Assembly (NCBI GenBank): GCA_964016885.1
Contig: OZ024741.1
Coordinates: forward strand, 216,380,001-216,444,000
DNA: 64,000 nucleotides
Direction of reading: 5' to 3'
From: Eledone cirrhosa
Lineage: Eukaryota
Below, piece after piece: positions 1-14,496 of this stretch; the first letter of the stretch is position 1; each line of letters begins with the position of its first letter. The position numbers were made by a program, and so were the translations under genes. A model generated the notes under the pieces. It was not told the origin of the DNA, ran no database searches, and worked only from the letters and a program-made list of their open reading frames with translations.

Positions 1-1211
1 ACAGAAGTAATAGATCTAGACTAAAAGTAAAGAAGATAGCATTTTCTGGTTGGCCTTACACGCCGTTGCGCGGGCCTGATTTTAAATGATACGCCTTATA
101 TCCTGGTGAGCCTTATAGAGCGGAAAATATCTATTGGAAAAGAATACGAATTCATGACCAAGGTGTGACAAAATAGGCGTCTATACAGCGCCTGAAACAA
201 ACTTGTCCAAAACCCTAGGATTTTTCTCGTTAAGTATCCACCCAAAAGGAACCGTTTTTTAGTTACAAAAAATAACCAAAGTGTATAGTAGCTATATTTC
301 TGACATATCATGCCAAAAAGAACAATATATTCAAAAAATGTTCTAAAGTACATTCAATCTCTCTTTTTGACCGATATCTTAATAAGCAAGTTATCGATTT
401 TTTATTGGCTGTCAGTGTCTATCTGCATGCAGGTGTGCACGTGTGCGCAATTAATTGCAAATACGCTCATAATATTTAGTCGTAAGCAGAACAAAAAATG
501 CCATTAGAGGTGGGCTAATAATGAAGACACAAACCCTGGTGAACTTACGTTTAAACACCCGAAAAGTTACTCACTTCCTGTGCAAAAGACTGTATTATAA
601 ATTAAGTAATTTTTTAGAATCTTTTGTTTAAAAAAGGAAAACATTGGTACGACGTAAATTTTTTTACTTGTATTGTATGTGTACAACACAACTTGGTCAA
701 CGTATTATTTAGTAATTTTTTTTTCAAAAAGCATGATTATTTAAGACTGTTTGAAAATTTACTCACAGCTTTTAGGTTTACAAAAGACACCATTAAATTT
801 GGTTCCCTTTTCAGTTAGGGATGATACTGTATTTCCACTTGAATAAGGTGGAATATGAAAAGATAAACTCTTTAATGGTCGGTAGTTTACTGAGACAGCT
901 GGGAAGACATGCAGCTGGCCGTCCAATCAATAACGCACGTCCTTATATGGGCATATGAAATTTATTTTTATTGCGCCAGATGTAAACTAAGAGTTCTTGT
1001 GTTCGAATTCACATAAAATTTCATTGGAATCGAAAAACATTCTGTCATAGGGCCCGATTATCGATTTTTCGAAAATTTCAAGTAGCCTATTCCACTCTAC
1101 GCGTTGAGTTTTATATATGTGTGAGGTTTCATGAAAATTGGATGAACGGTGTAGCATGCAAGTTCGGTACACTAAACAATGTCCATCTTCCCTTTATATA
1201 TATCTATCTAT

Positions 1212-2006
1212 CTAAGGCGGGTAAAATTCCCGAGATCCATGGACGAGTTCTCTCCAGCGGTCTCTGTCCCTCATTATCGCTGCCATATCCTGCACCTCCA
1301 ACAGACCAGTGTCTGTCCTTAGGGCATCAACATATGTTAACCTTGGTCTTCCTCTTCTAGTGTGTCCATGTAGGGGCTCCCAAAGGAGCACTGAGTGCAA
1401 TGTCAACTCTGGATGTCGGTGAGCATGTCCAGCCAACCTCAGTCTCCTCTGAGTCACTTTTGAGCTGACTTTTGGGATGCTCCCATACAGCTCTGAGTTT
1501 TTCATCCTCAGTGTATACTGATTAATGTTCAGAGCCATCCTCAGCATTCTCGTGTAGCACCCATCCACCATCAGAGCAGGAGAGTTGGGGCGAAAAAGGT
1601 ATCGGATGCTGAATTTGCCGACGACATAGTTTTGGTGACAAATACAGTGAAGGAGGCAGAGGATTTGATGCGGGAGGTTGAGACTGTGTCGATGAGTGTG
1701 GGGCTGAGAATGAATGAGACTAAGACAAAATATCTGGTAGAGAATGTTGAGAAGCCAGAGGGGATCACTAATGTAGGCGGGAAGCCGCTGGAATTGGTTG
1801 AGGACTTCCTGTATTTGGGAGCAGAGATTGGGAATACGGAAGATGATGTGGTTGAGAGGAAGAGCAAGGCCTGGGCGGCGTGTCACAGCTTGAGATCGGT
1901 GTGGAAGTCGGACCTTCGTAGAGACCTGAAAATCCGCCTCTTCATTGCTGTAGTGGAGTCTGTGCTGCTGTATGGGTCTGAGACTTGGACACTGACCAAG
2001 AGACTC

Positions 2007-2009
<3 letters not shown>
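1212..2009 (-). mobile_element. RTE-clade LINE 3' fragment with inverted 5' segment
   Basis: Minus 1212-~1573 encodes the RT C-terminus (DGCYTRMLRMAL...RRLRLAGH...RGRPRLTYVD). Plus ~1575-2009 encodes the upstream RT part (EFADDIVL...FLYLG...ESVLLYGSETWTLTK). Flanked by TA-rich runs. Confidence 0.85.
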
Positions 2010-2077
<68 letters not shown>

Positions 2078-2083
<6 letters not shown>

Positions 2084-2604
2084 TAAAATAACAGATTAAA
2101 GTTTAAGCAAAGAATCGCTGCTTTCACCCTTAACGGGATCTTCTGAAACTAACAAAGTCAATCTGTAAACGCAGAACTGGATATTTCAAAAAACGTTGCA
2201 ACCGGAGGAAGACAGGAAGACGATACTTTGGTTCGTGGTAACGTTCGCTGGCAAAGAACGGGAAAAAACGAATAATACGTCATTAATAGGAGCGGTGAAA
2301 AACAATTACACGCAAAGACAAAACCACGTTTATGGTATAAAAGAGGTCGTAGACTAATGTTCTCTTAGGTGGTGCATAGAGACGTTCTCTGGCAATGAAC
2401 GAAAAAACGAAGATAATAAGTCATATGTGGAGCGTGGAGAACAATAGCACGCAAAGACAAAACCACGTAAATGGTATAGCAGAAATCGTAGACTAAAATT
2501 CTAACTAGGAGACCAAATGAATCTCCGCTACGGTTCTTATATATTTGATATATATTTTCCTTATCGAGCCCTCTTTGGATTTTAGTCTTCAATTTTATTA
2601 TTAT

Positions 2605-2610
<6 letters not shown>
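2078..2610. mobile_element. PLE pLTR-like non-coding element, family B, with variant hammerhead core
   Basis: Shares segments with 41539-41750. Minus strand reads CAGAAGA-tccc-gttaa-gggt-GAAA at ~2120-2146. Bounded by (TA)n. Confidence 0.5.
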
Positions 2611-2653
<43 letters not shown>

Positions 2654-3160
2654 AAGGAAAAGCGAAGTAGTTTCAGATGTTCAAGTCTTTTAATAATAAT
2701 TGTTTCTACTTTAGGCACAAGGCCAGCAATTACCCAGTGCATTGACGACAGTGGTCACACTTTTCCGTGCGCCAGTGTCGCGACATCGTCAGACACCTTT
2801 TTACATAATAAGGTTATGTTTCCGAGGCAATCCAAATTGAATCGACGCGGAAACAAAAACAAAGATAAACCCCTATTTTCCTGGACCAAATCGCATTTGA
2901 ACAGAAGCCCCCTCAATTCAATCTATACATGGACAAATTGACAATCATATTGATCATCTATCTCATTTTGCATATATGTACTCTATGTGCTTTTGCATTT
3001 ATCCATTAATTGTTTTTTTTTCTTTTGTGTACGTTATATCGTTTTTTTTTTGTTCTGTTCCATGTGATGGAAATTCTAACTATGTACCCGACTAACTACT
3101 ACCTTTCATACCGTAATTTACCCTCCGTTCTACTCTACAGTACTATCGTTCAGTATATAG

Positions 3161-3352
3161 ATAATTGTTTCTACTTTAGGCACAAGGCCAGCAATTACCC
3201 AGTGCATTACTGGTACTTTATTTTATCGACCCCGTAAGGATGAAAGGCAAAGTCAACCTCGGCTGGATTTGAACTCAGATCGTAAAGGGACGTAACTATG
3301 CTGGAAAGCATGACGTCCGACCCTCTACCGATACTGCCAATCCACCGCCCTT
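3161..3352 (-). mobile_element. tRNA-derived SINE, family 1
   Basis: A-box-like TGGCAGTATCGG and B-box GAGTTCAAATCC. Central GCCTTTCATCCTTACGGGGTCGATAAAATAAAGTACCAG. TSD-like ttcagtat(a/g)tagataat on both flanks. Confidence 0.85.
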
Positions 3353-3423
3353 CAGTATGTAGATAATATAACTATAACATTAGTACCCATTTCAAAACTC
3401 CTTACTTAAACATCTCTCTGCAT

Positions 3424-3614
3424 AGGGCGGTGGATTGGCAGTATCAGTAGAGGGTCGGACGCCATGCTTTCCAGCATAGTTACGTCCCTTTACGATCTGA
3501 GTTCAAATCCCGCCGAGGTTGACTTTGCCTTTCATCCTTACGGGGTCGATAAAATAAAGTACCAGTAATGCACTGAGTAATTGCTGGCCTTGTGCCTAAA
3601 GTAGAAACAATTAT
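3424..3614 (+). mobile_element. tRNA-derived SINE, family 1
   Basis: Full-length copy, inverted relative to 3161-3352. Confidence 0.85.
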
Positions 3615-4174
3615 TTACTCACTTCAATCTATATTTTTTACTCGCCTCAATCCAGATTCTCACTTGAAAAATTATTCATTTTTAATTTCTAATTTTTTAT
3701 ATTTAATATTGGATTTCTGATTTTGGATTTTAAATTCTAATTCCCAACGCTCATCCATAACTTCCACCGTGAAACCATGATGCATAGAATTAAATATATT
3801 TTCTCTTAGTAGTTGATGGTCAATTATACTGTCCATGCTTAATGAGAGGTGGTATTCAGACCTGTGGATACTCACACCCTCCCATCCCCACTGGCTTTCG
3901 ACTGACAGCCACTGGCGGGATAGGTAGCAGTAAGCTATATTACAGGCCCTGAATGGGTCATTGTTTGGCTGAGAGGGGGAACTGACTAAGCGAATTTCGT
4001 TGAAATCTGCGGTAGCTAATGGTCAACTTCCTACGGACCTGCGCCTGCGCAGACCGGTGGGGATGAATTGGTACTCACAGGGGAATGGACGAGAACCCAA
4101 GAGCACACACTTCGTCCGTTCCCATGTCGATTCAATTTGGATTGCCTCGGAAACATAACCTTATTATGTAAAAA

Positions 4175-4248
4175 GCTGTCTGACGATGTCGCGACACTGG
4201 CGCACGGAACAGTGTGACCACTGTCGTCATTGAAATATATATCACAGC
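4175..4248 (+). ncRNA. Type I hammerhead ribozyme with extended helix II
   Basis: gctgt-CTGACGA-(long helix II)-GAAA-tatatatc-acagc; helix I gctgt/acagc pairs perfectly. Confidence 0.7.
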
Positions 4249-4444
4249 ATTATTATTAAAAGGCTTGAACATCTGAAACTACTTCGCTTTTCCTTATTCG
4301 ATATTTACTCCGTCACTCCTATGTGGAATAAGTATGTTGAATGCTTGAATTGAATTGCATCAATATTTACCTACCCTAAGTATATATATATATATATATA
4401 TAATGGAAAAATTTGAACAGGGACGAAACAGAGAGGCAGTACAA

Positions 4445-4518
<74 letters not shown>

Positions 4519-4571
4519 ATTAAGTCAAATATGTAAAATTTGGCTTCGTTTATTACAAATTATAGGTATAA

Positions 4572-4622
4572 TGCTATATATATTTCAGTGACAGCCATTA
4601 TAGGCTGTGACCTCTTCAGGCA
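4572..4622 (-). ncRNA. Type I hammerhead ribozyme (pLTR family D)
   Basis: tgc-CTGAAGA-ggtcacagcc-tataat-ggctgtcact-GAAA-tatatata-gca; related motif at 30597-30652. Confidence 0.65.
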
Positions 4623-4877
4623 GTCCCAATTGGTGTGGGAAAAACAGGTACACATGTTGTTGAAGTGTGTTTTACTCCATCAATCCATCCATATGTCCAG
4701 CTCCTGGTAGTGTTGTTATTTCTCTTAGGAACTGGAATCATATGATTCCAGTTCCTAAGAGAAATAACAACAAATGGCCCTGACTGAATACGATAGCAGT
4801 TGGCGTGTTTTGGCTGCTGATTCTTCTTATGGGGAACAAAACTCTAGTGAGTATGTTTATTTTAGATATATATATAT

Positions 4878-6092
<1,215 letters not shown>

Positions 6093-6109
6093 TATAATGT
6101 ATAGCACCT

Positions 6110-6660
6110 ATATATGTGGATTTAGATGAATGTATGTATAGATATGTTTGTATGTATGTATATTTATCAACGTGTAATTGTATATATATGTATATACATA
6201 TGTGGTGTGGCCTACCTGTATGTGTGTGTGCCTATCTGTCTGTGTGCGTATATGTCTATCTGCCTATCTGTCTGTCTGTGTGTATGTGCATTTTTGTTTG
6301 AGGTATGTGTGTTTGTAAGTGTGTATGGGTGTGTGTGTGTTGTATGTGTGTGTGTGTGTGTTTATGTGTTTGTGTGTGTTTGTTTGTGTATACGTGGGTT
6401 TGTGTGTTTGTGTGTTTGCTTGTTTGTGTGTCTGGTTGTTTGTGTGTCTGTTTGTGTTTGCGTGTGCATGTATGTGTTTGTGTGTGTTTATTTGTTGTTT
6501 GTATGTGTGTGCTCTTTTTTTTTCTGTGTGTTTGTGTATTCGTGGCTGTGTATGTATGTGCATGTGTGTGTTTGTGTGTATTTGTATGTGTGTATGTGTG
6601 TATCTCTGTATTGTGTATGTGTGTATCTCTGCACACGCATATATGTACCGTCTATCCACC
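6110..6660. repeat. Degenerate (TG)/(TATG) low-complexity tract
   Basis: Sequence composition. Confidence 0.9.
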
Positions 6661-6661
6661 A

Positions 6662-6706
<45 letters not shown>

Positions 6707-6887
6707 GAAAAGTATAGATAAAGGTATAGAAAACATTGTAGCAAAAAGCCAATATATATATATATAATAAATAAATTATAGCAATATATATATATATAAT
6801 AAATAAATTGTAGCAAAAAGCCAATATATATATATATATAATAAATAAATTATACAATTATCAAAGTTGTGTTCAAATCATTTAATA

Positions 6888-6932
6888 GCTGACAATCGTT
6901 TCTTCCAAACTCTCGTTTGGAATCATCGGAGC
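6888..6932 (-). ncRNA. Hammerhead ribozyme variant (CCGAUGA core) in pLTR
   Basis: gct-CCGATGA-ttccaaac-gaga-gtttggaa-GAAA-cgattg-TC-agc. Confidence 0.65.
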
Positions 6933-9374
6933 ATTATCAATGTTTGCACATATAATTAACCTCCTATTCAACTGAACAATAATATAGATACATATAAATT
7001 GATGTTGTGAGCAACAGTTTCGTATTTACAGGGTGGAATAGATGTGACATATATTTTACGAGAATTGTACAAACATTCAAGTTCAAATTCAAATTCAAAT
7101 TAAATTAAAATCAAAAGCACGGAGTGGAATACATGCAACAGTCAAAACAAGGGAATAGTCCAAATATTAAAGAGGCATTGAGGAAGTAGTTTTGAGAAAG
7201 GAAGAGTGCAATAACAAATCATATGCAGGCGTGTGGATAGTGCTACTGCGTAAGTTATATACATGAGAAGGAGACAAGCAAAGCTATTATGCTATTATAG
7301 ATGAACAAATACTGCAGTTAAAGCAAATATGTTAATGCATTCGAATCTATGGTGGATGTTGAATGTTGATGGTGTTCGAATTAATGTGTGTTGAGAAACA
7401 TACAGTTTTTGCCGACTTTTCCATGACATATGTTGAAATAAATTTTAGTTAATGTCTATATTGAATGTTTTAAGTTAGTTAGAGCAATGGATTGTAAATT
7501 AGTCTCAATGAATTCATATTCATAGACTATATTTGATCAACCGTTAAATTTTCAATCGTTACTTTCCGGAAGTGAATAAGGGGAGCTAATGCGTAAGGGG
7601 AGGTAACTAGCTAATTAAGTTCAATTCGGTTATTAAAATTCTTTGTTCTAATACACAATATAATGTGATACCATTGGATCTCTGTTACATAACCCTGTAT
7701 ATTTATGCCTGATTTTAAATACAGTGTATTCTACTATCATACATTAAAGGTCTCTTTAGATTGTTATCTATTCATTACTGGACAAGGTATATGTTATGAA
7801 GGATTATACAGCTGTTAATATGTCATAATAGATATGCTAGATGTGTAATAATAAAATCCCTAATATACAATGATATTACATTTTATATTTAATTATAAAT
7901 GTATATATACTTTATTATTATTATGTTGTGCAATTTAAGCATTTAATTATACAATTATAAATGCACATATAGTTTATTATCACATATTACATTAAATGTC
8001 TCTACGTACCAAGTGCCAAATATCCATTACTGTATATGATATAATTAATCTATTGTAGTTATATCACAAGGTGGTAACTCTATGTCTAATTCTAACTGTT
8101 ATTGCAGAGCATAAGGTTATAGATGAATAGGAGTTGTGTAGAAGAAAGGGTTGGTCGAGGGATTTGTGGTTGTGGGTGCTTCTAAGTCCTAGATGTGTAG
8201 TGTGGGGAATTCAAATCTGACATTGTTGTATACTAACAGCTAGGTTTAAAGTTATGGAACGAGTGCCGGTACCGCTGTTGGCACGAAGAAAATGTCTCTG
8301 ACTTTCTATTAAGGAGGTCTAGTTTCGAAAAGAATATATTATGGGTTTCCAGAAGGCAGAGATTACACAATTTATTCGGTGGCTTATACGATGAGGCTCT
8401 ACCTACTAATTCCCATTGCAGTGTAAATGGTCTATTCCTAGTTTTCAGAGAGTGTATGGAGTTAGATAAAGAAGTGGAGCTGGTTAGATTGTGTTTTTTT
8501 GAAAGATTGGAGGTGCTAGTTGTATCTCGTCTTGAAGTTGTTCGAAGTAGAACCTATATATGTTTTAGAAGAGTTGTTTGCGTTGACGGTGCATGAGTAG
8601 ATGATGTCTTTGGTTAAGCAATTATTACCTAGGGGGCAAGTTCTATTAGTTCTACAGTTACATTTATTCTGGGTGTTAGCTTGCCGACTCGTATGTTGTG
8701 AAGAATTCTGGTTGCTAGGGATAGCACTAGGGTAATGATGTCTATCATTCGTAATTCGTATTGTTATTGATTTTATTAGTGCTATTATCATTATTACTAT
8801 TATTACTACTATTGTTTACAGGTACTAAGTTAACCTCCTATTGTGTTTTAATTAGTTGGAAATAGTTATTAATCTTCTTTTTATTACTACTAGCTATATG
8901 GTATGCTATGTTAGGTGTGGTGGAGTACGATATTTTAATTGTATTTTTATTGATAAGGCTATGGTACTTGTGGCCGGTCGGGAAGTTTTTTCTAAGATTG
9001 AGAAGAAAGCCGCAGGGAAGTTGGGAGAGACGTTTAGATTGAAAGGGGGATTGAAGAATGTATTAGTTCTCCTTCTATTTTTGTTTATAGTATTGTTTTT
9101 AGGTATTTATATCCCTGTTTATATTATTATCGTGGTGTTTACTTTGGTGCGTGCGAGTTAAGTTTGGTATTAATCTTCGTCTTAGAGTTATAGTGGCTAG
9201 TGTTTTTACTATTTTTCCCCATGGCCATATTATGAGAAATAATGTTGTAACTATGTGATTTTATAGGTAGGAATTCAATCTCATTCTTATGTTCTGATTT
9301 AGCTAAGGCCTCATTATAGTATTGTGAATTATTGTTAAATACAGTTTCAAGTTATATGTGCAAACATTTATAAT

Positions 9375-9419
9375 GCTCCGATGACTCCAATCGAGAGTTT
9401 GGAAGAAACGATTGTCAGC
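9375..9419 (+). ncRNA. Hammerhead ribozyme variant in inverted pLTR copy
   Basis: gct-CCGATGA-ctccaatc-gaga-gtttggaa-GAAA-cgattg-TC-agc. Confidence 0.6.
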
Positions 9420-9578
9420 TATAAAATGATTTGAACATAACTTTGATAATTGTATAATTTATTTATTTTCCTGCTCAGTAAAACAACTGATCTCTGGTAA
9501 TAAGGTAATTAAGAAATTATTGACCTTCCTGTTTATAGTTGTTTATACTATATACATAACTATAAATAGTATTATTAT

Positions 9579-9651
<73 letters not shown>

Positions 9652-9766
9652 CATACATTTATATATATACCTCGTCTGTCCGGCTGGTGCCCAGCTGGGT
9701 ATACCTGCCCCCACCACTCCACTGCAAAGATACCACACACCTTCCCGTGTCACATTGTCCTTCCGA

Positions 9767-9855
<89 letters not shown>

Positions 9856-10533
9856 GTGTATATATTGAAGGGAGATACGGAAACTAAAACAGTGTTGTCA
9901 TATAGAGAGTGAAGAGCGACAGAGAGAGTAAAGCATTTAAACTATAGAGAGGGGGAATGATCTTACATACATATATACATACATATAAAGTATAGATATG
10001 TGTGTGCGCGCGTGTGTGTGTGTGTGTGTGTACGTGCATGTGTGTGTCTGTGTGTTTTGTTTTGATGTTATCTGGAAATTGGCGAAATCAGGTGTGAAAA
10101 TATGTGTAGTTGTGTGTGTTACGTATGCGAGCGACGACAGAAAAAGTGTGTGGGATACATACATTATTATATATGTCTGTATTTTCGTTCTGCAACCATT
10201 ATATTATGATATTTGTATCCAAATGATTTTAGATGTATGTATTAGCTGCTTGCCCGTCCCCCTGTTTCTGTTTCCCTGTCTCTCTCTCACTCTCTCACTC
10301 CTCTCTCCCCTCTCTCACTCTCTCTCTCCTCTCTCCCCTCTCTCTCTCTCTCTTTAGATGTGTGTGTGTGTGTAGTTTTCCTAATCTGTCTCTTTCATTC
10401 TCTGTCTCTCTAAGAGGGTTGCCTTTTGATGTATGTATTACCTGCTTGTGTGTTGACCGAATTTGAAGGAGGTTATCCTTTTGAAATAAACATACATACG
10501 ACGCTCATCTCTATGTTGATATATGATATAAAT

Positions 10534-12195
10534 CACAGGTTCTCAACCCATTTAGGCCAAACGCCCCCTTTTGTCCCTTGAAATCACGACAGCCCCCCCC
10601 CCCCCCCCCACACACACACACCTATTTTTACATTTTTCAATATACTACTGATTTTGACAATATTCAGGCAGCTGAGAGTATAAATACATTCCTTGAAAAG
10701 AAATATATAAATTTCAAAAAAAGGAACATAAATGTTCTTTTTTATGAATAAGGACCAGTTGAATTTGTTATATTGCCACCAGGCGATACCAGCTATTTTG
10801 AACATTTATACAAGAGCAACTCTGTTTATCCCAAGAGTGCTCTTATCTGGAAGAAAGTGGCAATTATATCATTTCAAAGCTTTCCAATTTTCCCTTTAAT
10901 GAAACGGACAGAATAAATGTTGATATCTAACTTGATGTCCCCTCTGCTTTGTGAGCTTAGAGACCACGGAAGAGGGTTTTCATGACCACGCGGGAGGGTA
11001 TATTTATTAATAAATGGTAAAATATATACAACAAATGAGTAATTGAATTATAGTAGATGGTTTCCAGTCCAGTCAGACTGCAACTACAAATAAAAAAATT
11101 GTTAGTTTTGTAACAATAGCATATCCAAGTTTTCGTATAAATAAACTTACTTTAACTTTGACTCATTTCAATGGGACCCTTGAGCTTCATGGAGTCTAGC
11201 TAACTCTTTGACGTGAGGCTGAATTTTCCTAAGATGTAGTCAGAGATCTCCACGTGTAATTACATTGTAGCGGCTTCGAGCCTTACTGTGCAGTCTGGAA
11301 ACAACACCAAACCTCCTCTCGACTAAGTATTAGCATCTGCATGTAGGTGTGGAAATCAACGTTGAATTTCCTCTTGCATCCCAAAAAGGGGTTCACCTAT
11401 TTTGGGAAATCTAATTTTGATCATGTCATCTGCTTGAAGTTCAATGAATTCTTCCTGAAATTTAACGTCCAAATAGTCGACGTTAGGTATGAAAGCATCT
11501 GCTATCCACATTGGGATGTCCATCGGCAAAAGGTCGACAAACCGTTCTCTCATGTTGTCTTGTAGCGCACGGAGGAGCGCGGTATGAATTTGGAGTTGGT
11601 CATCGCTTACAATGTTTTGAACATTGGCGACACTAGGAACATTATAGAATTCCCCTCAACAAAGATTCCTTTCGATGACATTCAATTTGGCCAGGAATGT
11701 TTTCACAGCATTTCTTGCTTTAAGCAAGGTGATCTTCTTCCCCTGCAAAGCCAAAATGACGCTATTGCATTTGTCGAAGATGTTGGTGAGGTAGGCGCAG
11801 TCTTGCCTCACATCGAGGGTTTTTTTGTACAGTTCTGTGTTGCGTCCTCGCAGAAACTCAATGAAAGAGTTGAAGAGTTCAAAGAAGTGAGTAAAGCAGT
11901 TGCCCTTTGAAAGCCACCTCACTTCAGTATGAAGGAGCAACTTGACGAATTCTTCGTCATTATCTTGGCACAGTTGCTGGAAAATTCGTTCATTGAGGGA
12001 ATGCCATTTGATAAAATTGATGGCATCAATGGCCACCTGCAAGCACTTACTCAGAGGCTTGCTGAATTTCTTCGCAGACAAGTGTTGTCGATGAATGACA
12101 CAATGAACAGCAAATACAGGTAGATTTTCTCTCTTCAGAAGAGTGACGAAGCCCTTATGTTGGCCAACCATTGCCCTTGCGTCGTCCGTAGCACA
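10534..12195 (-). mobile_element. hAT (Buster/Charlie group, ZBED5/8/SCAND3-like) transposase pseudogene with one terminal inverted repeat (TIR)
   Basis: ORF 11656-12171 has AMVGQHKG, HCVIHRQHL and LLLHTEVRWLSKG. TIR-like CACAGGTTCTCAACC at 10534. Broken by stops and frameshifts. Confidence 0.9.
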
Positions 12196-12199
12196 TGAA

Positions 12200-12650
12200 A
12201 CAATGTGTGTTGTATGTGGTCCTAGATGTATGTATTACCTGCCTGTGTGTTGTATGTAGTCCTAGATGTATGTATTACCTGCTTATGTATTGCATGTGGT
12301 CCCAGCTGTATGTATTACCTGCTTGTGTGTTGTATGTGGTCCTAGATGTGTGTATTACTTCCTTATGTGGTGTATGTGGTCCTAGATGTATGTATTACCT
12401 GATTGTGTTGTATGTGGTCCTAGATGTTTGTATTACCTGATTATGTGTTGTATGTGGTCCTAGATGTTTGTATTACCTGCTTATGTGTTGTATGTGGTCC
12501 TAGATGTATGTATTACTTTCCGGTGTTTTATGTGGTCCTAGATGTGTGTGTGCTGCCTCCTTATGCGTTGCATGTGGTCCTTGATGTGTGTATTACCTGC
12601 TTATGTGTTGTATGTGGTCCTAGATGTATGTGCTACCCGCTTCTGTGTTA
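12200..12650. repeat. ~42-bp minisatellite, ~11 copies
   Basis: Unit ~tgtgttgtatgtggtcctagatgtatgtattacctgctta. Confidence 0.9.
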
Positions 12651-13009
12651 TCTTTCTTTTTTTATTTGTAATATTATTTATACAATAAGGAATAAAATAG
12701 ATTTACATAGTGTTAACTCGTTACGGTTGAGTCAATAATTTCAGACATGAAATACATTGTTATCGGTGAAGGTAAGATAAGATTATAAATGGCTGCGCTC
12801 AAAGTGTCCTTGCCCCAGATGACTATGGGTTTTTTTTCATTTTTAGGATCTCAATTACCGGTTAATGTCTAGACATGCCTGCACACCTGCTCACAGCTGC
12901 GGTCAGACTATAGTTATGCAGTCTGCAAGCTCATGCAAATGCATTCCCACTGGCTGTCTCAAAGACATACAAATATGGCTTATAAAACTTACCAAAGTAA
13001 AGAGTCTTC

Positions 13010-13137
13010 CAGCGCCCCCTATCCCCCCCCCCCCTCTGCTCCAAATGCCCCCCTAACGCGACCTTGCTCCCAAACGCCACCGTGGAGTTCCGAAACGCCC
13101 CCCGGCGGTGCATATGCCCCCCCGTTGAGAACCTTTG
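13010..13137 (-). mobile_element. hAT/Charlie-type non-autonomous element end
   Basis: Minus strand begins CAAAGGTTCTCAACGGGGGGCATATGCACCGCCGGGGGGCG, a TIR resembling the one at 10534. Confidence 0.5.
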
Positions 13138-13149
13138 ATATAAATAATG

Positions 13150-13428
13150 GTACGCGATGGGGCCCACCAACAGCCCCGGCGGACAAGATGGAGAAGGCGT
13201 TTCCCCGGAGGACGGCAATGGAGACATGCTGGAAAAGCCACTCCAACTCGCGGGGCTCACACCTGCGGCTGGCCAGCTCAGCGCCTATGGTGGTGAATAA
13301 GGAGGTAGCCCTGGGGCCGAGGACACCAGAAGTCTCCACTGCCAGGGGTACGACCGTAAACCTGTCGGAGAGCGACCGGTATTTGAGGAGTTTGGCCCCC
13401 TCAGCCCGACGTGCAGCAGAACCTGGGT
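13150..13428 (-). mobile_element. CRE-like non-LTR retrotransposon REL endonuclease C-terminal fragment
   Basis: KYRSLSDRFTVVPLAVETSGVLG...LFQHVSIAVLRGNAFSIL; related pieces at ~59685-59803 and ~63040-63072. Confidence 0.7.
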
Positions 13429-14032
13429 ATATATTGATATATTGAAGGTAGATACGGAAAGTAAAAGATTGTTGTCATATAGAGAGTGAAGAGAGACAGA
13501 GAGTAAAGCAGTTAAATTATAGGGAGGGTGAAAGAGGGAGAGAGAGAAAGAGAGAGAGAAAAAGACGACGCTCAGCTTTATAATATTAGAGAGTGAAGAG
13601 CGACAGAGAGAGTAAAGGAGTTAAATTATAGAGAGGGAGAATGATCTATTTTAGAGAGAGGGGGAGAGCGACGGAGAGAGTAAAGCTAAGAAACTATAGG
13701 GAGGTGTGTAGGATACATACGTGTTGACTGAATTGACATACGACGCTCATCTCTACGGAAAGTAAAAGAGTGTTGTCATATAGAGAGTGAAGGGAGACAG
13801 AGACTAAAGCAGTTAAATTATAGAGAGGGTGAAGGAGGGAGAGAGAGAGAGACGCCGCTCAGCTTTAAAATATTTGAGAGTGAAGAGCGACAGAGAGAGT
13901 AAAGCAGTTAAATTATAGAGAGGGGAATGATCTATTATAGAGAGAGGGAAGAGCGACGGAGAGAGTAAGCTAAGACACTATAGGGAGGTGTGTAGGATAC
14001 ATAGTGTACATACACACGACACTCAGCTTTAT

Positions 14033-14040
<8 letters not shown>
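13428..14040 (-). repeat. Tandem GA-rich repeat with Helitron-like (Lep1-type) start
   Basis: ~300-bp units, also at 9853-9965. Minus strand starts TAATATTATAAAGCTGAG followed by microsatellite-like sequence. Confidence 0.4.
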
Positions 14041-14063
<23 letters not shown>

Positions 14064-14195
14064 AAAAGTTATGAAACGAAAGGAGCTGTGTGGTTACTAA
14101 AACAAGGTTTAGGATGGTGGTTAGGACATAACAGGAGGAGAAAGGAAGAAAGTAGTTTCCATCGTCAGCTGTAAATGTTTCCCGGTCCGATGTTT

Positions 14196-14362
<167 letters not shown>

Positions 14363-14377
14363 GGGGCTAGAATTTTA

Positions 14378-14496
<119 letters not shown>

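Larger units (their letters stand above)
2648..4380. mobile_element. Segment bounded by inverted pLTR-like arms (family C), with SINEs inserted inside
   Basis: 2648-2850 is the reverse complement of ~4125-4300. The right arm carries a hammerhead. (TA)n on both sides. Confidence 0.6.
6845..9475 (-). mobile_element. Penelope-like element remnant: GIY-YIG endonuclease, 3' pLTR and inverted pLTR copy
   Basis: ORF 8516-8791 reads CNCRTNRTCPLGNNC...IIYSC...YIGSTSNNFKTRY and continues past a stop to ...CNLCLLE. 6845-6955 is the reverse complement of ~9352-9467. Confidence 0.85.

Noticed and set aside
1-1195. Possible non-autonomous DNA transposon or host exon
   Set aside because: No TIR/TSD pair, coding motif or second copy is visible in the window.
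3424-3520. tRNA genes at SINE heads
   Set aside because: A/B boxes are present, but there is no cloverleaf and they are always attached to a SINE core and tail.
3870-4110. GC-richer stretch resembling a LINE 5' UTR with a possible HDV-like GCTAA
   Set aside because: I could not assemble a convincing P1/P2/P3 pseudoknot by eye.
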